NCBI RefSeq assembly: GCF_018977255.1
Contig: NW_024704742.1
Coordinates: 106,518,001 to 106,582,000, forward strand
Length of the DNA: 64,000 nt
From: Callorhinchus milii
Lineage: Eukaryota
Direction of reading: 5' to 3'
This document shows, piece by piece, positions 37,547-51,420 of this stretch. Position 1 is the first letter of the stretch. The number at the start of each line of letters is the position of its first letter. Under the pieces are notes generated by a model that did no database searches, was not told the DNA's origin, and saw nothing but the letters and a program-made list of their open reading frames with translations. The translations under genes were made by a program, and so were the position numbers.

Positions 37547-40500
37547 TCAGATCGATAACAGAGGGTCGAGGGTAGTCCAGGGCTATTTTTCAAGATTGTA
37601 TGCCCGTAGACTAACATGAATTTTCTGCTAATCTGCCTCTCATCTGGAACTGTGTAGCATCTGTATTAAGCATTTTCTTCTAGTTATCTCTCGCCATCTC
37701 AGCTCTCAGATACTGTCATTTGTTTTACAATTCCTACTTCTATTAATATTTAGATGGCTCCTCTATTTTTGTCTATGCTTATCCACTTTTTGCTTGTTTT
37801 CTCTTATTTCTGTTAGTTGGCCTTCCTTTGCTCCCTTGATCTCGTCACTTCACAGCTTGTGTCTGTAGTTTTTCTCTCTTGCGCACACCCCCTCCCTCTC
37901 TTCTGTTTTCCCCTTTTGTCTTGCACAAATCTCTGCTAATTGGCCCGATCTTTTTTACCTCTAAAATTCACATCGTTAGCGTGTCTCGCATGTCATCATA
38001 TGCAGCTATCATAAAATAATTCACATTGTCAGCACAAAACACGATAAGTAAAATAAGAGATGATATTTGCACCAAAATATATCTGCCAGATTCTTTATGT
38101 TTCAATTTTCCTGAGGTACTAAACCAGCATCCCTTTCCTGCACCATTCAGCCCTTGAGCCTCAGGTTCAAAGTAACGAAGTTAAGACAAATTAAAATAAC
38201 ATGAAATTACATTAGATATTTTTGTTGTTGCCACATGAAACAATAAAATTCCATTTATAAGACAGATGGTATGTTACCTCTCTGAAATGCAAGACTTCCC
38301 TTATACAGAATTAAAGGGCTATTGACCTCATGAAATAGTGTTTGCCAAACTATGCTTATTCTTTGGGAACAAGAAAAAGTCTAAGAGGAATGGGGTACTC
38401 TCCTCTGGGACAAATGGTTCATTTGCACATTTTGACTCTATTTAGATCTTTGCATCATTGCTTATAACCCACCAAAGATTTGCCAAACATTTCACAATGA
38501 GGGTTATGCCCCTTTAATAGAATTTTTTAAAAATGTTTTTGTCTGGTTTTATACCCATAAGAAAGCAATGCACGTGTAGCATAAAGGTGTCAGTGATAAA
38601 TCTCTGATAACCTGGAGAACGTATTCTGTGATTGAGCATTCATTTAGCCATGAATGAAGCAGTCCTCAGAACTCCATCTTATCTTTATACTTTGTGGCAT
38701 ACAAGAAGACTGTGTTGTGTTCAAATAGAGTTTATTATCCAGGTTCCTTTGCAAAGTTCTAGGAGCCTGACTGCTTCTGTTTCTGTCTTTTTATGCCGCA
38801 TTCATCTCAGTTTGAATCGGGGTGAAAAACCTCAATATAAATCTGGTTTGAGGTAGGCAATGGCAAACTGCCCTTGAGGAGGTGGTTTTGACAGGCCACC
38901 AATTCGCAATGCTGCATTATAAATGCGGGCAAGTCAAATTGTCTTCCACTCAAAAATGACTCCTTAAGTAGCTGTTGAATGGTCCATTTTTACTGCTATT
39001 GAAGAGCCGGTATTGTGTTCCAGTTAGCATGTTCTGTGCGTACTTAGTTTTGAAAATGCAGAGCTCTCTGCTCAGTTTCTCTCTCCCCCACACCACCAAA
39101 ATGTGGTATTTTGAATGGGAAATATAAATCATGTTTCCCACTCCTCATCACCTTAACTCTGGGTTTATAAAATAATGTCTTCTAAATAACACAACCTTGC
39201 CTTTAATGGGTCTTAAGGAAGTAGGTGGTCATGAAATTAATCCTGTAATTCTATATTACAGCTACTGAGCTGGTTATTAGCAGTCATGAAGCAATCCGGC
39301 AACTTGGGCATTCTTGGAGACTCTTGCCTGACCATCCAGCCCATGATATTTATAGAACCCATAAACTTAACTTAATCACTGGAGCATGAAGTCGGAGCAG
39401 GTTGTATAAATATCATGCTTATACCTGTGAATATCCTCAACATTAATCTAGTTGCATTGGAAAATATTACAGAAGAACAATGAGACCAATCCCAAGAGTA
39501 AAGAGATGGAGCTTTAAGGAAAGATTAGAGTCTCTTAAGCTTTACAGTCTAGAAAGAATCCATGTAAATAACGACCTCTTCAAAGTACATAAAATAACAA
39601 ATGGTACAGATAATGTAACCTCAAAGTACTTCAAAACAAGCTAACATTGTTGGATCAGCAGAGAAAATGGAAATACGTGGAAAGTGCATTTTAATCAGGG
39701 AAATTACAAATGTTTGCAATAATCTTGTCAAACATAGTAACAGAAACAACAATATTGAGGTTATTCAAAGTTTATTTATATGCAATAAGGAACAAACTTT
39801 GGTGCATCAAATAAGTCCTATTTCTTAGCCATTTGTAAATATCAGAGACATGAGACTAGAGTTAAGTAATATTGCTCATTTCACTTTGGGAGAATTTCTT
39901 TCAGTGCTTCAGAGGATTTACTGCAAAGTGTAATGACTGTATTTTGTAGGTTAATGTTTTCTCCTCTCTTGAAATTCTCTGTTCAAATATGTTTCTGCCA
40001 AATTGACATGCAGGATTGTTTCTAGAATTTCTGCCAATTCTACTCAATGACAAGTTGCTAAGAGGTGTTAGAAGATCTGTATGAATCACTCACCAATTTT
40101 TTCTCCCTCCTTGAGGGAAGCACCTGGCCTACTGACTTTGTATTGCAGTACACCAACCCACACTCTGGGATCACCAAGCCTTGGCTCTTGCCAACCTGCA
40201 TCTAATACACTCTTGGAATTAGGTAAGCAGGGTGCATCCCTCCAGGGAGAGAATGTATAGTCCCTTCCAAACACAGAGACATTCCATGTGTTGGTGGTAA
40301 ACATATGTGGAAATTTCAGTCTGGTTTGGATACACTTAGACACAATGATGGGTTTCCACATGTGTCAGACACCTGGTTGACCATAAAAAAAAGATTTCCC
40401 TCCGATGCAAATGGGATTGCTACAAGAAAAGACCTACAGTTCCTGGTCTGTGAATTTTTGCACACCCACAAGTCTGATCCTTTGGCTTTTTGCTTAAATC

Positions 40501-41437
40501 TCAGTCTCACAGAAATACACAGCTCCCACACAGCTCTCCAATCGTCAATCACCCTGACTTACTCATGCACAGGTCAGATGGGAGAGTAATAATGAGAACA
40601 ATGTAGGAAGTTAAAACTTTGCATAGATAACAAAATAAGTCATTGAGTAACATATGAATTTCAATTTCAAGTGATTCCCAAGATTAAGTTACAGCATTCC
40701 TGGTGTCTGTTATTTTACATGAAGTAAACTAGTAAACTGGATTATTGCATTTACCAGTATTTATGCTGTTTTTGGAAGCTTTCCAGTATTGTACTCCATT
40801 TTTCAGTGACTTTCCTGGAAGGGCATCACATTCCTTTGTGACATTGTTACTGTACATTTATCAGAAACTTGCTGTAGACTATTGGGAAATTCTGCATCTA
40901 GATTAGAGAATCCTGGGAATTGTGAAAGCTATATTTTAATCAAAGAGTTGACATGACATAAGCCAAGAGAGAGTACTTTATAATAAACAGCCAAACTCTA
41001 AGGTTAGATTATGTCCTTTGTTTTAACATTTTTAAAAGTTATTTTACTCCTGATAACATGGTGACTCATTGTGTTGGAGCACTGAAGCCATGCAGTTGGG
41101 TTTTCATTTATGATCTCCCACAAATCATGAGGCACTAACTTTGGTTGTGTTGCCCTAATCAAATGCCCAGCAGAGGCCACGCATATCACTGCAAGAAGGG
41201 AAGGAGAATCAGCTAGTGAACCAGACAGTTCATAATGGCATGAGAAGATAGCTCTAGCTGGCATGAGCAGGTGTTCTGTCTGCTCACCTCCTCGACAGTG
41301 TGTAACCTGGGAGTAAATATTGATTTGGAGTATATTAATGACCTAGATTTATAGACCAAGTAACAATAATGATCCTTGCATTTGATATAGCAACTTTATG
41401 TCCTTGGGTCGTCTTAAAGTGCTTCATAGAATATATA

Positions 41438-41802
41438 GCAACAATAACAACAAAATTACATTTGTATAGCGCGTTTCATGTCGGAGGGACTTCTCAAGGT
41501 GCTGAACAATCAATGTTTCAGACCCGAGCTGGGGGTCAGGATCGGGGAGGGTGGGGAGGCATGGAGGGGGAAGGAGGGTGATCAAAGGCACGGTCGAAGA
41601 GGAGGGTTTTGGGATGGGTCTTGAAGGAGGCAAGGTAGGGGGCAAGGTGAAGGAACTATGGGATGGAGTTCCAGTGGGTGGGGGTAGAGTGGCTGAAGGC
41701 CTGCCCACCAATGGTGGGGCAGGTGAGGCGGGGGATGTGAAGCAGGCTGGTAGGGGGTTCGGAGGTCGCAGAGGTAGGGGGAGCAAGGTCATGGAGGGCT
41801 TT
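41438..41802 (-). mobile_element. L2 3' fragment abutting an older SINE remnant
   Basis: Same 3' region and tail as the copies at 1036 and 45685. Confidence 0.88.
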
Positions 41803-42789
41803 GATATATTGTGGATTGACTGTATATTTAGTGGGCGAAACGCGGCAGCCAATTGTGCATAGCAGTGTCACACAAACATTCATGGATTGAATGACTAAAT
41901 TATAATTTTTTTTGTAGGGATTATTACTCCCAGAAAATGATCCACCAATTGACTAACAATGGGTTTCCACTTACTGCTGGGTGAACAACGCCATTTAGGG
42001 TAAGGAAACTTGCCTAAAGTTTTGCCCTGTCCTGGAATCAAACCAGGTCCTCTCATGTGCCAGTCGAATGCTTTACCAACTTGATGCCATCTGCAAATTT
42101 ATCCATCTTACACTCCAGCTAAATCAATTGAGTTTAGATCCACAGATGTCATACTCAGACTGCATTTCCGTCCTTTAGACGTGACCCCAGTACTACTGAT
42201 GTCCTGACTGTCTGATTGTCTGACGTCAAGGCCTGGATGAGCACTAATTTTTTCCAGCTGAACATGGATAACCAATGCTGCTTTCTCTTTAGAATAATTC
42301 AAAAGGGAAGATGCTGAATATGGACAAGATGGAAGCCATCCCTCCTTTCTTTAGTGCAGCTGTGAAGGCATCACAAATGTGAAGAATTAGCAATTCAATG
42401 CAAGGATGATTATTTAACATCTTTTAATATTCCAGGTCGCACTCTAACCTTTATTATACATGACTGTATAACATTCCTTTAGTTTAGTTTGACTCATTTT
42501 CGTTATAGCTGTTCATTTGATAGCGTAGAGGTGCACTGCAGTCATAATAAATAATCTTTGTATTTGATACAGCACTTCTCACATTGGGAGGAAATCTTAA
42601 AGCTCGTAAGAATTTAAGAATTTGTTAAGTGAAAGAAGACCAAGGTCCATCTAGTTCGCTTTCCAGCATCCTGGCAGTCACTTGACATATTGTGTTTCAA
42701 AGTATATATTGTATCCCGAGATATTATTTTCCATAAAAACAGCTCTTTACAGTATTTATAATGTGTAATGACTATATAATTTGTAGATG

Positions 42790-43340
42790 GACATAGTACT
42801 GTGGTTGGGGTGGAAGTCAGACTATAGAGACTATAGAGACTCATAAAGGGAGTGGTGGAAGAGGAAGGAGCAAAGCTGGGAAGCAACAACACATTCCAGA
42901 ATCGTGGAGAGGGAGTGCAATTTGGAAATAGGGTAATAATAAGTGGAGAGTTTGGAAGGGTCCAGTGAACGTTCATTGAGAAAAGGAGGAATGACAATGG
43001 TTTTCATAGTAGAAAGGGAAAGGTTGTTGACATTGGTTAGCAACCGGAAGCAGGTGTCAGTTGGACAGGAGTTGTGTAAGGCTCAGGTGGTGAGTTTCAT
43101 GTGGGAGACAAGGAATGAAAGAGATGAGGAAGTAAAGATGGTGAAAGGTGTGGTGGGTGGTGTCATGGAGGTGGAGAGAGAAGAATAGAGGCAGAGAAGC
43201 GAACATCAAAAAATTCATGACCTCTTTGCTTCTAGAATTGGAGGTGAGAGTGGAAGGAGTTTGGGAGGTGGGCAAAGTAAATGGTTGAGAGTGGTAGAAG
43301 GAGCCTGGTTTTATCTTTGCCCTCCAGGATAGTCCTGGAG
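42790..43340 (-). mobile_element. Older L2 ORF2 internal fragment
   Basis: Decayed L2 motifs on the minus strand (LDPSKLSTYYYPISKLHSLSTILECVVASQL). Confidence 0.7.
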
Positions 43341-45684
43341 AAAATGAAGGATATGGTCCAACCATATCTGACAATATGGGGTGGGGTGGGCTGAAATTTT
43401 GGAGGTGCCATCCTTCAGATGAGACGTTAAGCTAAGGCCCTGTCTGCCAGTCTCATGGCACTATTTGAAAAAAGTAAGATTCTCCCAGTGTTCTGGCCAA
43501 AAATCCCCCAAATAAAATTGGTCATTCATTTCATGTTATGATCTAGAGGGGTAGTTTAATGTATTTTTGTTGTTTCTACTACATCGTAAAACGTGTATAA
43601 AACCACCTACACAAACAGTGATTTTATAGATATAACATGACAATAATATAATATTATAATTACATTGTGCTGAATAATGCACATTAAAAAAAACTGAAGC
43701 TCTGCTGTTCCCCAGTGCAAATATCCACTAATGAAGAGAAAGATTCAAAAAACTTGCCTTTTAATCCATTATTGTTATTCTGTTGTGCCCTGTATATTTC
43801 CGAGATGGTATCACTAGTTCAAAGTATAAACAAAGAGCTCATTCCATCTTCACATCACTGTCAAGATCAAGTAAATATATTTGATGAAATGTCCAATATT
43901 AATAACCAAAATAATCAAAGGCATACTTTACAGTGATATAAAGTTGAAATTGCTATTTTATTGAGTATAAAAAAAATCTTTGAGACTGCTGGAAGGTTGT
44001 TTGCTGTTGCCTTAAGGAATAGCAGCTCTATATAATCAAGGAACTGTAACAATAAAATAGATTTACTTCTTCCAATTCCATTTTAAGAGTCACACAAACA
44101 TATTTGCTGGTAGCTGTATGCCCTCTAGTGACAAGTTCTAGTTCTGAAGTTTGTTTTGCTCAGAACCCAAGAGAAGGGCCCAAATCAATAATATATTAAT
44201 AATAATCCTTGCAGTTGTTATAGCGCCTTATCACACTGTCCAGATGTCTCTCCGCGCTTCATAGAATATACTCTAAAGTGAACTGACTGTATATTTTTGT
44301 GAAATTAGTGCCCAAATAAGCCTCTTAGTCTTAAAATTTAAGATTTTTGAACCTTATAAAGGTCAGCCTTAATTTGGACCCTAGTTTTCAACAGCTCTAT
44401 TGAAAAAAAAGTTTCCAAATTAAGGGTGAATTTAAGAATTTTCCAAAATTCCAAATTATCTTAAATCAATGGCTTTAGGGTTCAGATCTTGTGAAAATTT
44501 AGGCCTCAGATGTGCTTACATTATTGTTCTGGTAATGAACTTGGAAATGATGAACAAAGTAAATGTGTGAATAAGAAAAATACTTTTAAGCAACGCAGCT
44601 TTCTTTTATTAAAATTAGAAATAGAAAATAAATTGTTTTGGGCTCAGTTTCCATTTTTGTTTGTGATTTAATTGAAGAGTCCCAAATCCACTGCTAGATA
44701 GGGATAGAAACATTAACAGTATAATTATTGGTAAGCCTCTGTGGGCACTTCTGCCCAGGTTGGTTATATAAGAAAATGTTTATTTTGCGTATGTGTGTGT
44801 TCATGTGTATATCTCTCCACAGACAAGTAGTCACACACACATGCACAACAAACTAATTGCCTTTACCGAAGGTTCATTAAATATACAGTTCTTTATATGA
44901 AATCAGTCCTACTGCTTTATTTTATTCCTGTGGAAGTGAGACATATCTACTAACAGTCACGGTTCTGCTGTTAAGTGATCACTGTGAGATTATTTATTTC
45001 AGTGAATTTTCATTCTGTATTCATGTTTCCATGATTCCATCTTGCATATAGTGCCCTTCATTTTGTTGTGTTTCACAGGGATGAGGTTGGACACTGAGAA
45101 AGAGAGAGGTTGGAAGGGGCAAGGGGAGAAGGAAGGTGGCTCTTGGTGCACTCAGAGGTAGGATTTGAGATGGGATTTAAAGACAGAAAGCAAGACACAA
45201 TGTTAGATGGAGGGAGTTCTAACAACAATAACAACTTGCATTTTTTAGCACACTTCACGTGGGGCAGCATCTCAGAGATCTTGGAGTTCCAGAGGTTAGG
45301 GGAGTAGGAACTGAAGGCTCGGCCACCAATGAAGGCAAAGACACTAGGGATCATGCAGGAAGCCCATTATCTGAACAAAGTAGGTGGGCGTAAGAGTTGG
45401 GTTGGAGATCGTAGAAATAGGGGTGCCAAGGAGTGGGTGGATTTGTAGATGAGAGTTAGGTAACAGTTCAATTATAAAAACATATGGAATGAGAAAAGAC
45501 TGTTTGACTCATCAAGCATTTTTATCCACACATGTATATTGCTTCATCATGAACTAAAGGGATCAAGTGCTCTGGGAAGCTACCCTGCTATATAAATGCA
45601 AGTTGTTGTTGTTGTTAAACACAAATTATAGAATATTCTCAAGAGGCAATATGTGAAATTTCACTTCAATCCAAACAGTCATCA

Positions 45685-46065
45685 AGACAATAACAACAAC
45701 AAAATTACATTTGTATAGCGCCTTTCACGTCGGGAGGATGTCCCAAGGTGCTGGACAGACAAAGTTACGAGCTGAGGGTCGGGGTTGGAGAGGGCAGAGG
45801 GGGGAGCAGGGAGATCGAAAGCACAATCGAAGAGGAGAGTCTTGAGGTGGGTCTTGAAGGTGGCGAGGGAGGGCGCGAGACGGAGGGACTGCGGGATGGA
45901 GTTCCAAGGATGGGTGCAGAGTGGCGGAAGGCTCGCCCGCCGATAGTGGGGCAAGCAAAGCGGGGGATGTGACGCAGGTCGGAGCCCGCTGAGCGGAGGG
46001 TGCGAACAGCGTGGTAGGAGTTTAGGAGGTCAGAGAGTTAGGGAAGAGCAAGACAGTGGAGGACG
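45685..46065 (-). mobile_element. L2 3' fragment
   Basis: WNSIPQSLRLAPSLATFKTHLKTLLFDCAF plus the standard tail. Confidence 0.9.
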
Positions 46066-46082
46066 AAATAATAATAATTATA

Positions 46083-46180
46083 AAAACATAAGTCGCTGTG
46101 AACACTCAGAAGGTCAGGCAGCATCTATAGAGAAAGGAAAGTGAGTCAACATTTCGGGTCCACAACCCTTCGTCAGAATT
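46083..46180 (-). mobile_element. Penelope pLTR fragment with hammerhead core
   Basis: Minus strand CTGACGA-agggttgtggaccc-GAAA-tgttgactc. Confidence 0.75.
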
Positions 46181-47019
46181 CAAATTATAGAACATTCATC
46201 AAGTCATTATAGTCATCGAGAGATATTCCATAATATCTACCTGACCTTAAAACCTACATAATTCAGCCTGCCAAGTGCTTTCTATGTGCTTGGCTTGCAG
46301 TGTTGTGTGACACCGCTCATATAAAATGAAAATACTTTCCAAGTCAACCTTGAAAAGGTTTCAGCTTTATTGCAAGCCCACAGCCTGGACTCTCTTCTTC
46401 CTATCATTCCTCTCTGTGCTTTTAACCTGCTCTGTGTCCTCCCATTGGATCTACTAGGTCATATGTTTTACATCTGATTATCCATACAACAGTTACCTAT
46501 TTTACATTTGTTTTAGTTGATTGGCGGATTGCTTTTCCAGGAATAATAATGCCTTCCAAAAAAATAACAATAATAATAATTTGGTCACTCAATCTACGAC
46601 TGTTATTGGGACACTGATGTGCGCAATTGGCTGCCACATTTTGCCCACAAAATATATAGTGACTAGACTTTACAGTATATTCTATGAAGCGCTTTGAGAT
46701 ATTTAGAAGACGTGATAAGGTGCTTTATCAAATGTAAGGATTATTATTATCTGATAACTCATACAACATATAGGATTGAGAATACAGAGGAATGAAGTCT
46801 AGCTTAGTTGGTGGCACTTTAGCTTTGGAGTCTGAAGGCTAACTGTGTATTTGTAGACTAATTAATCACTTTCCACACAGAAACGTCTCACAACAGCCAT
46901 GAAGTGAATTACCAATTTTATCTTGTTAGCCGAAACATTAGGAGAAACTTCCTTCTCTTTTCAAATAGTCATGGTATTCTTTAACATCCTTCTGAGTAGA
47001 CAAATGTGATCTTGATGGG

Positions 47020-47395
47020 TTGAAGGCCACATAGGGTCTTTGAGATCACAATCTAAACTGACTCTCCAATACAGTACTAGTTGTTCTGGAGTGTCAGCCT
47101 ATACTGTGTTCTCGGAGAACCCTCCTTCAGTTGAGATACTAAACCAAGGTTATGTTTGCTTGTTAAAGCTCTCATGGCACTATTTCAAAAGAGAAGGGAG
47201 TTTATACTGTTGTGCTGGCCAATAAACCCTCAAATGACACTGTTTTTCACATCATGGCTGTTTCTGAAACATTGCTCTTTGTAAATTGGCTGCATTGTTC
47301 ACCTAAAAATATAGTCTTTAACTCTACAGTAATTACTGTGGAAGCTCTTTGAGATATTTCGACAAGGAAATAAGGCCGTATATGCAAGGTTTATA
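47020..47395 (+). mobile_element. Decayed SacSINE1-like DeuSINE
   Basis: gagatactaaaccaagg...catggcactatttc...aaattggctgc. Confidence 0.65.
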
Positions 47396-48329
47396 ATAAC
47401 ATGTCTACTTCCCCCAGTCTGCCACATCTCAGAGCCAGTACATCCATTAGAAGACCCCAATTCATCAGTCCAGCACTGCAGTATCACCTTTTATAGGTAT
47501 GGTACTTATTTTATTGGTCTCAAAAGAGTAAAGGGTTGAGTGAATCCACTGAGTGAATTCTTAGCTGTGAAATGATATATCTGATCTTTCACACCACTTC
47601 TCATACAGAAACACACTTTGATTCCTCTTCATACTATCTGTAAAATGCCTTTACATTTTCCTCTGACCTCTTCCATTCTTTACGTTTGTTATTGTCAATC
47701 TTATATGACATTTTTGATCATTTAAACAATTTCTGCCTTTTTTTACATCTCCTTGTTCAACAATAAAACGGTACAATGAAGAAAAAACATTGTACAGTCA
47801 ATTTCCTGGTCAAGGCTGAGAATGTGGTTGTAACTCCGTATTAGGAATTTTAACCTAGGTAATTCCCCATATAAAGACAATTTCCAGCGGTGGGGGGGGG
47901 GGGGGGGGGGGGAGGTGGTGGGGGGGGGTTATCAGTAAATAAGTAGCCAACTGACTGTGAGAAGCAGGGGAATTTCAGGCTAGAGGCAGGGATCACTCTG
48001 GGTGAAGGTGAGCCCTTAAATAGTCAATAGCAAATTGCGAATTTTGGAAGAAATCTGTGGTATTTATTAACCCTTTCCTTCAGTTCGTGAACACAAGGAA
48101 AAGGTTGCGCAATATCCCAAATTTTGCCCCATTCTTCTTTTTCAGGCAGGGCGAAACCTTGGGCAAGTTTCCTTACTCCACACTCCTAATAATAATCCCT
48201 CCAAAACAAAACAATAATAAAATTGGTCATTTTCAATCCACGACTGTTTGTGGGACACTGCTGTGCGCAATTGGCTTCTTAAAACTCCTTTCAGTTCCAA
48301 AATTTGCTTTTCTGATTTGCACAACCACA

Positions 48330-49270
48330 TTACAATAACAAAATTACATTTATAGAGCGCCTTTCACGTACGTCGGGAAGACGTTCCAAAGCGCTATACA
48401 GTCAGGTGTCGGGGCCCGAGCATGGGGGAGGGGTGGTGTAGGGGTGAGGGAAGGTAGAGAGGTAGGAGGGCAACCAAAGGCTCGATCAAAGAGAAGGGTC
48501 TTGAGACCGGGTGGAAGCGAGGGGAAGGGACCATGGGATGAATTTCCAGAGTGTGGAGGCAGAGAGGCTGAAAGCCCGGCCACCGATGGTAGGGCGGGTC
48601 AGGCAGGAGACATGGAGCAGGCTGGAGCCCGGGCAGGTTGGTAGGGAGTCAGCAGGGCTGAGAGGTAGGAGGGAGCAAGGCTGTGGATGGCCTTGAAAGT
48701 GAGGACGAGGATCTTGAATTCGATCCTCTGAGGGATGGGAAGCTAGTGGAGTCAGGCGAAGGTGGGAGTAATGGGGCCAAGGAGCCTGGTGCGCGAGAGT
48801 ACACAAGCTGTAGAGTTGTGGATGATCTGCAGCTTGTGAAGGAGGTGGCGGTAGGCAATGCTGGTCATGGTGTGGATGTGGGGGAGAAAGGACAGGTCAG
48901 GGTCAAACAAGACACCCAGGTTCCTGACTGGCTTAGTGAGGTAGAGTGTGCAGCCGTGGAGGCTGATGCTGCCAAAACAGGAGAGCCTCGGTCTTGCTGA
49001 CATTGAGTTGGAGAAAGTTGTCCCTCATCCAGGACTTGATGTCAGACAGGCAGTCGGTCAGGATGCTAGTAGTCCTGGAGTTGAGGGTGGAGGCAGAGAG
49101 ATAGAGTTGGGTGTCATTCGCATACATATGGAAATTTACCCCATGTCTGCGGATGGATGTCACCAAGGGGGAGCATGTAGAGAGTGAAGAGGAGAGGACA
49201 GAGGACAGATTCCTGAGGAACACCGCACGAGACGGTGCGGGGGCTGGAGGAGAAGCCATTTGCTGCGACA
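48330..49270 (-). mobile_element. L2-clade LINE fragment
   Basis: [57 protein letters not shown]2 tail at the low-coordinate end. Confidence 0.93.
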
Positions 49271-49357
49271 ATAATACTAATATTTGATAATACCAACATA
49301 TTACATCATCAAGGAGTCTCAAATTACTTCATACAAATTACTGTGAAGTAGTGACTG

Positions 49358-51420
49358 GAGCTGTACATTAATGTAAGAAGTCTGACCAATAAAATGCGTG
49401 ATCTGGAAGGTCTTGCAGGGGATAATAGATTGTGCATCATTAGTATCACAGAGACATGGTGGAATGATTTCAATCAATGGGGTACGCATCTAGAAGGTTA
49501 TAAACTGTTTTGAGGGACCATATTGGGAGAGAGGAGGTGGTGTTGCACTATGTATAAACTCCATTATTGAAACACAAGTGAGAGAGGATATAAAAAAGGA
49601 AAGGGCAGACACAGAATCACTTTGGGTAGAATTAAAAGATGTAACCGAGGTAAGTTATTACTGGGGGTCTGCTATAGATCCCCAAGCTAAGGTGAAAGCC
49701 TTGATCTGGAACTATGGGATGAGATAAGGAAGGCTACTAGTAAGGGACCAACCGTAGTTGAGATTTTAACTTACCCGAAATTGATAATAATGTGTCTACT
49801 GATAAGATAGGGAAGGGGTTTCTGGAGTTAAAGGAAGACTGTTTTATAACAGTTTGTACAAGGGGAGATAACATATTGGAATTGATAATGAGCAACAGGG
49901 TTACAGACCAAATCTCCAACATAAAGGTGGGAGAAGCATTAAGCAACAGTGATCACAATGCAGTCACGTTTGACATCGCAAGAGTTGGTGAGGTTATAAA
50001 ACCCAAACAAAACTGACAAATTTCAAGAGGACTGATTTTATGCACTTGAGAGGTCTAGTCGGAGTGGGCCTGGCAGGCTTAAATATGGCAATGGGAGTGG
50101 AGGACCTATGGAGTTCCTTCAAGAGGGTGATTATGAAGGCAATGGAACAATGTGTACCCATGCAAAGTAAAGGTACCAAATTGAAAGGCACTCCTGCCTG
50201 GTTGAATGGGGCTATAAAGAAAATCATAAAGAAGAAAAAAAGCATTTAGGGCCATACAGGAAAATGGCACGTAAATAAATTGGACTCAATATCATACTAG
50301 AAGGCATGCCAGGACTGCAAAAAGCGATTAGAATGGCAAAGAAAAGCTTTGAATTGAACATGGCAAGAGATGTGAATGATAATAACAAAAAGTTTTTTAG
50401 TTACATTAAGAGTAGAAGAAAAATGTCATCAGACTGGGAAAATGTTACCAGGAGAGTTCCACAAGGGTCTTTTTGGGACCTGTTTTGTTTAATATTTTTA
50501 TAAATGATCTGGAACTAGGAGTCGCAAGCAGAGTGGCTAAATTTGCAGATGACACCAAGCTAATGAAGGTGGTACATTGCGAAGCTGAACAAGATAAGTT
50601 ACAGAAGGATTTGAAAAAACTTGGAAATTGGGCAGACTGGTGGCAGATGAAATTCAATGTGGGGAAATGTAAAGTGTTTCACATGGGGACAAAAAATCTT
50701 GGAAGGGACTATTATTTGAATGGAAGGAAAATAATATGTATGGAAAATGAAAAGGACTGGGGGTCCTGAAGGACAATAAATTGAAGCTCTCCCACCAATG
50801 CTCCATGGCAGTGAGTTGGGATGTATCAAAGGATCAATAACATGCCAAAATAGTGGGATAATCCTGCCATACTTGGAGTACTGTGTACAGTGCTGGTCAC
50901 CACAATACAAAAAGGATACTGGAGAAATCGAGAAGATACAGAGGAGGGCAACCAAAATGATTGAGGGAATGGAAGGACTGGACTATAAGGAGCGACTAAG
51001 TAAATTAGGTATGTTCACGCTGGAAAAGAGAAGATTGAGAGGTGACATGATTGCCGTCTTTAAGATTCTAAAGAGACTAGACAATATAGATCATGACAGG
51101 CTGTGTGAAACTGTCCAGAATAGTAAAACCAGAGGACACGGCCTGTGATTAAAGGGGGTTAAATACAGAATGAATCTACACAAACACTATTTCAGTGAGC
51201 AAATAGTCAACCTGTGGAACAGGCTCCCTAGAGAGATGGTTGAAGCAGGAAATGTTGATTCTTTCAAACACAGATTAGATAGTTTTCTTTTAGGAAATAA
51301 CCTTGTGGGATAGTGTACATAGGTAGTTTGAGATATATGTGCGTACATATGTGCCAGGAAGGTGGAAGGCAAACTAGATGGACCTTGATTATTTTTTGTC
51401 TAGCATTTCTTGTGTTCTTA
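49358..51420 (+). mobile_element. CR1-clade LINE (APE endonuclease plus RT, internal deletion, intact 3' end)
   Basis: YINVRSLTNK...ISITETWW (endonuclease); VPQGS, GPVLFNIFIND, KFADDTKL, WQMKFNVGKCKV, LEYCVQCWSP, LEKRRLRGDMI (RT and C-terminus). Tail tttcttgtgttcttat; candidate TSD tgactg at 49352 and 51421. Confidence 0.95.

Noticed and set aside
47892..47928. Long poly-G tract as a functional G-quadruplex
   Set aside because: It is a simple homopolymer among repeat debris, with error-prone length and no supporting context.
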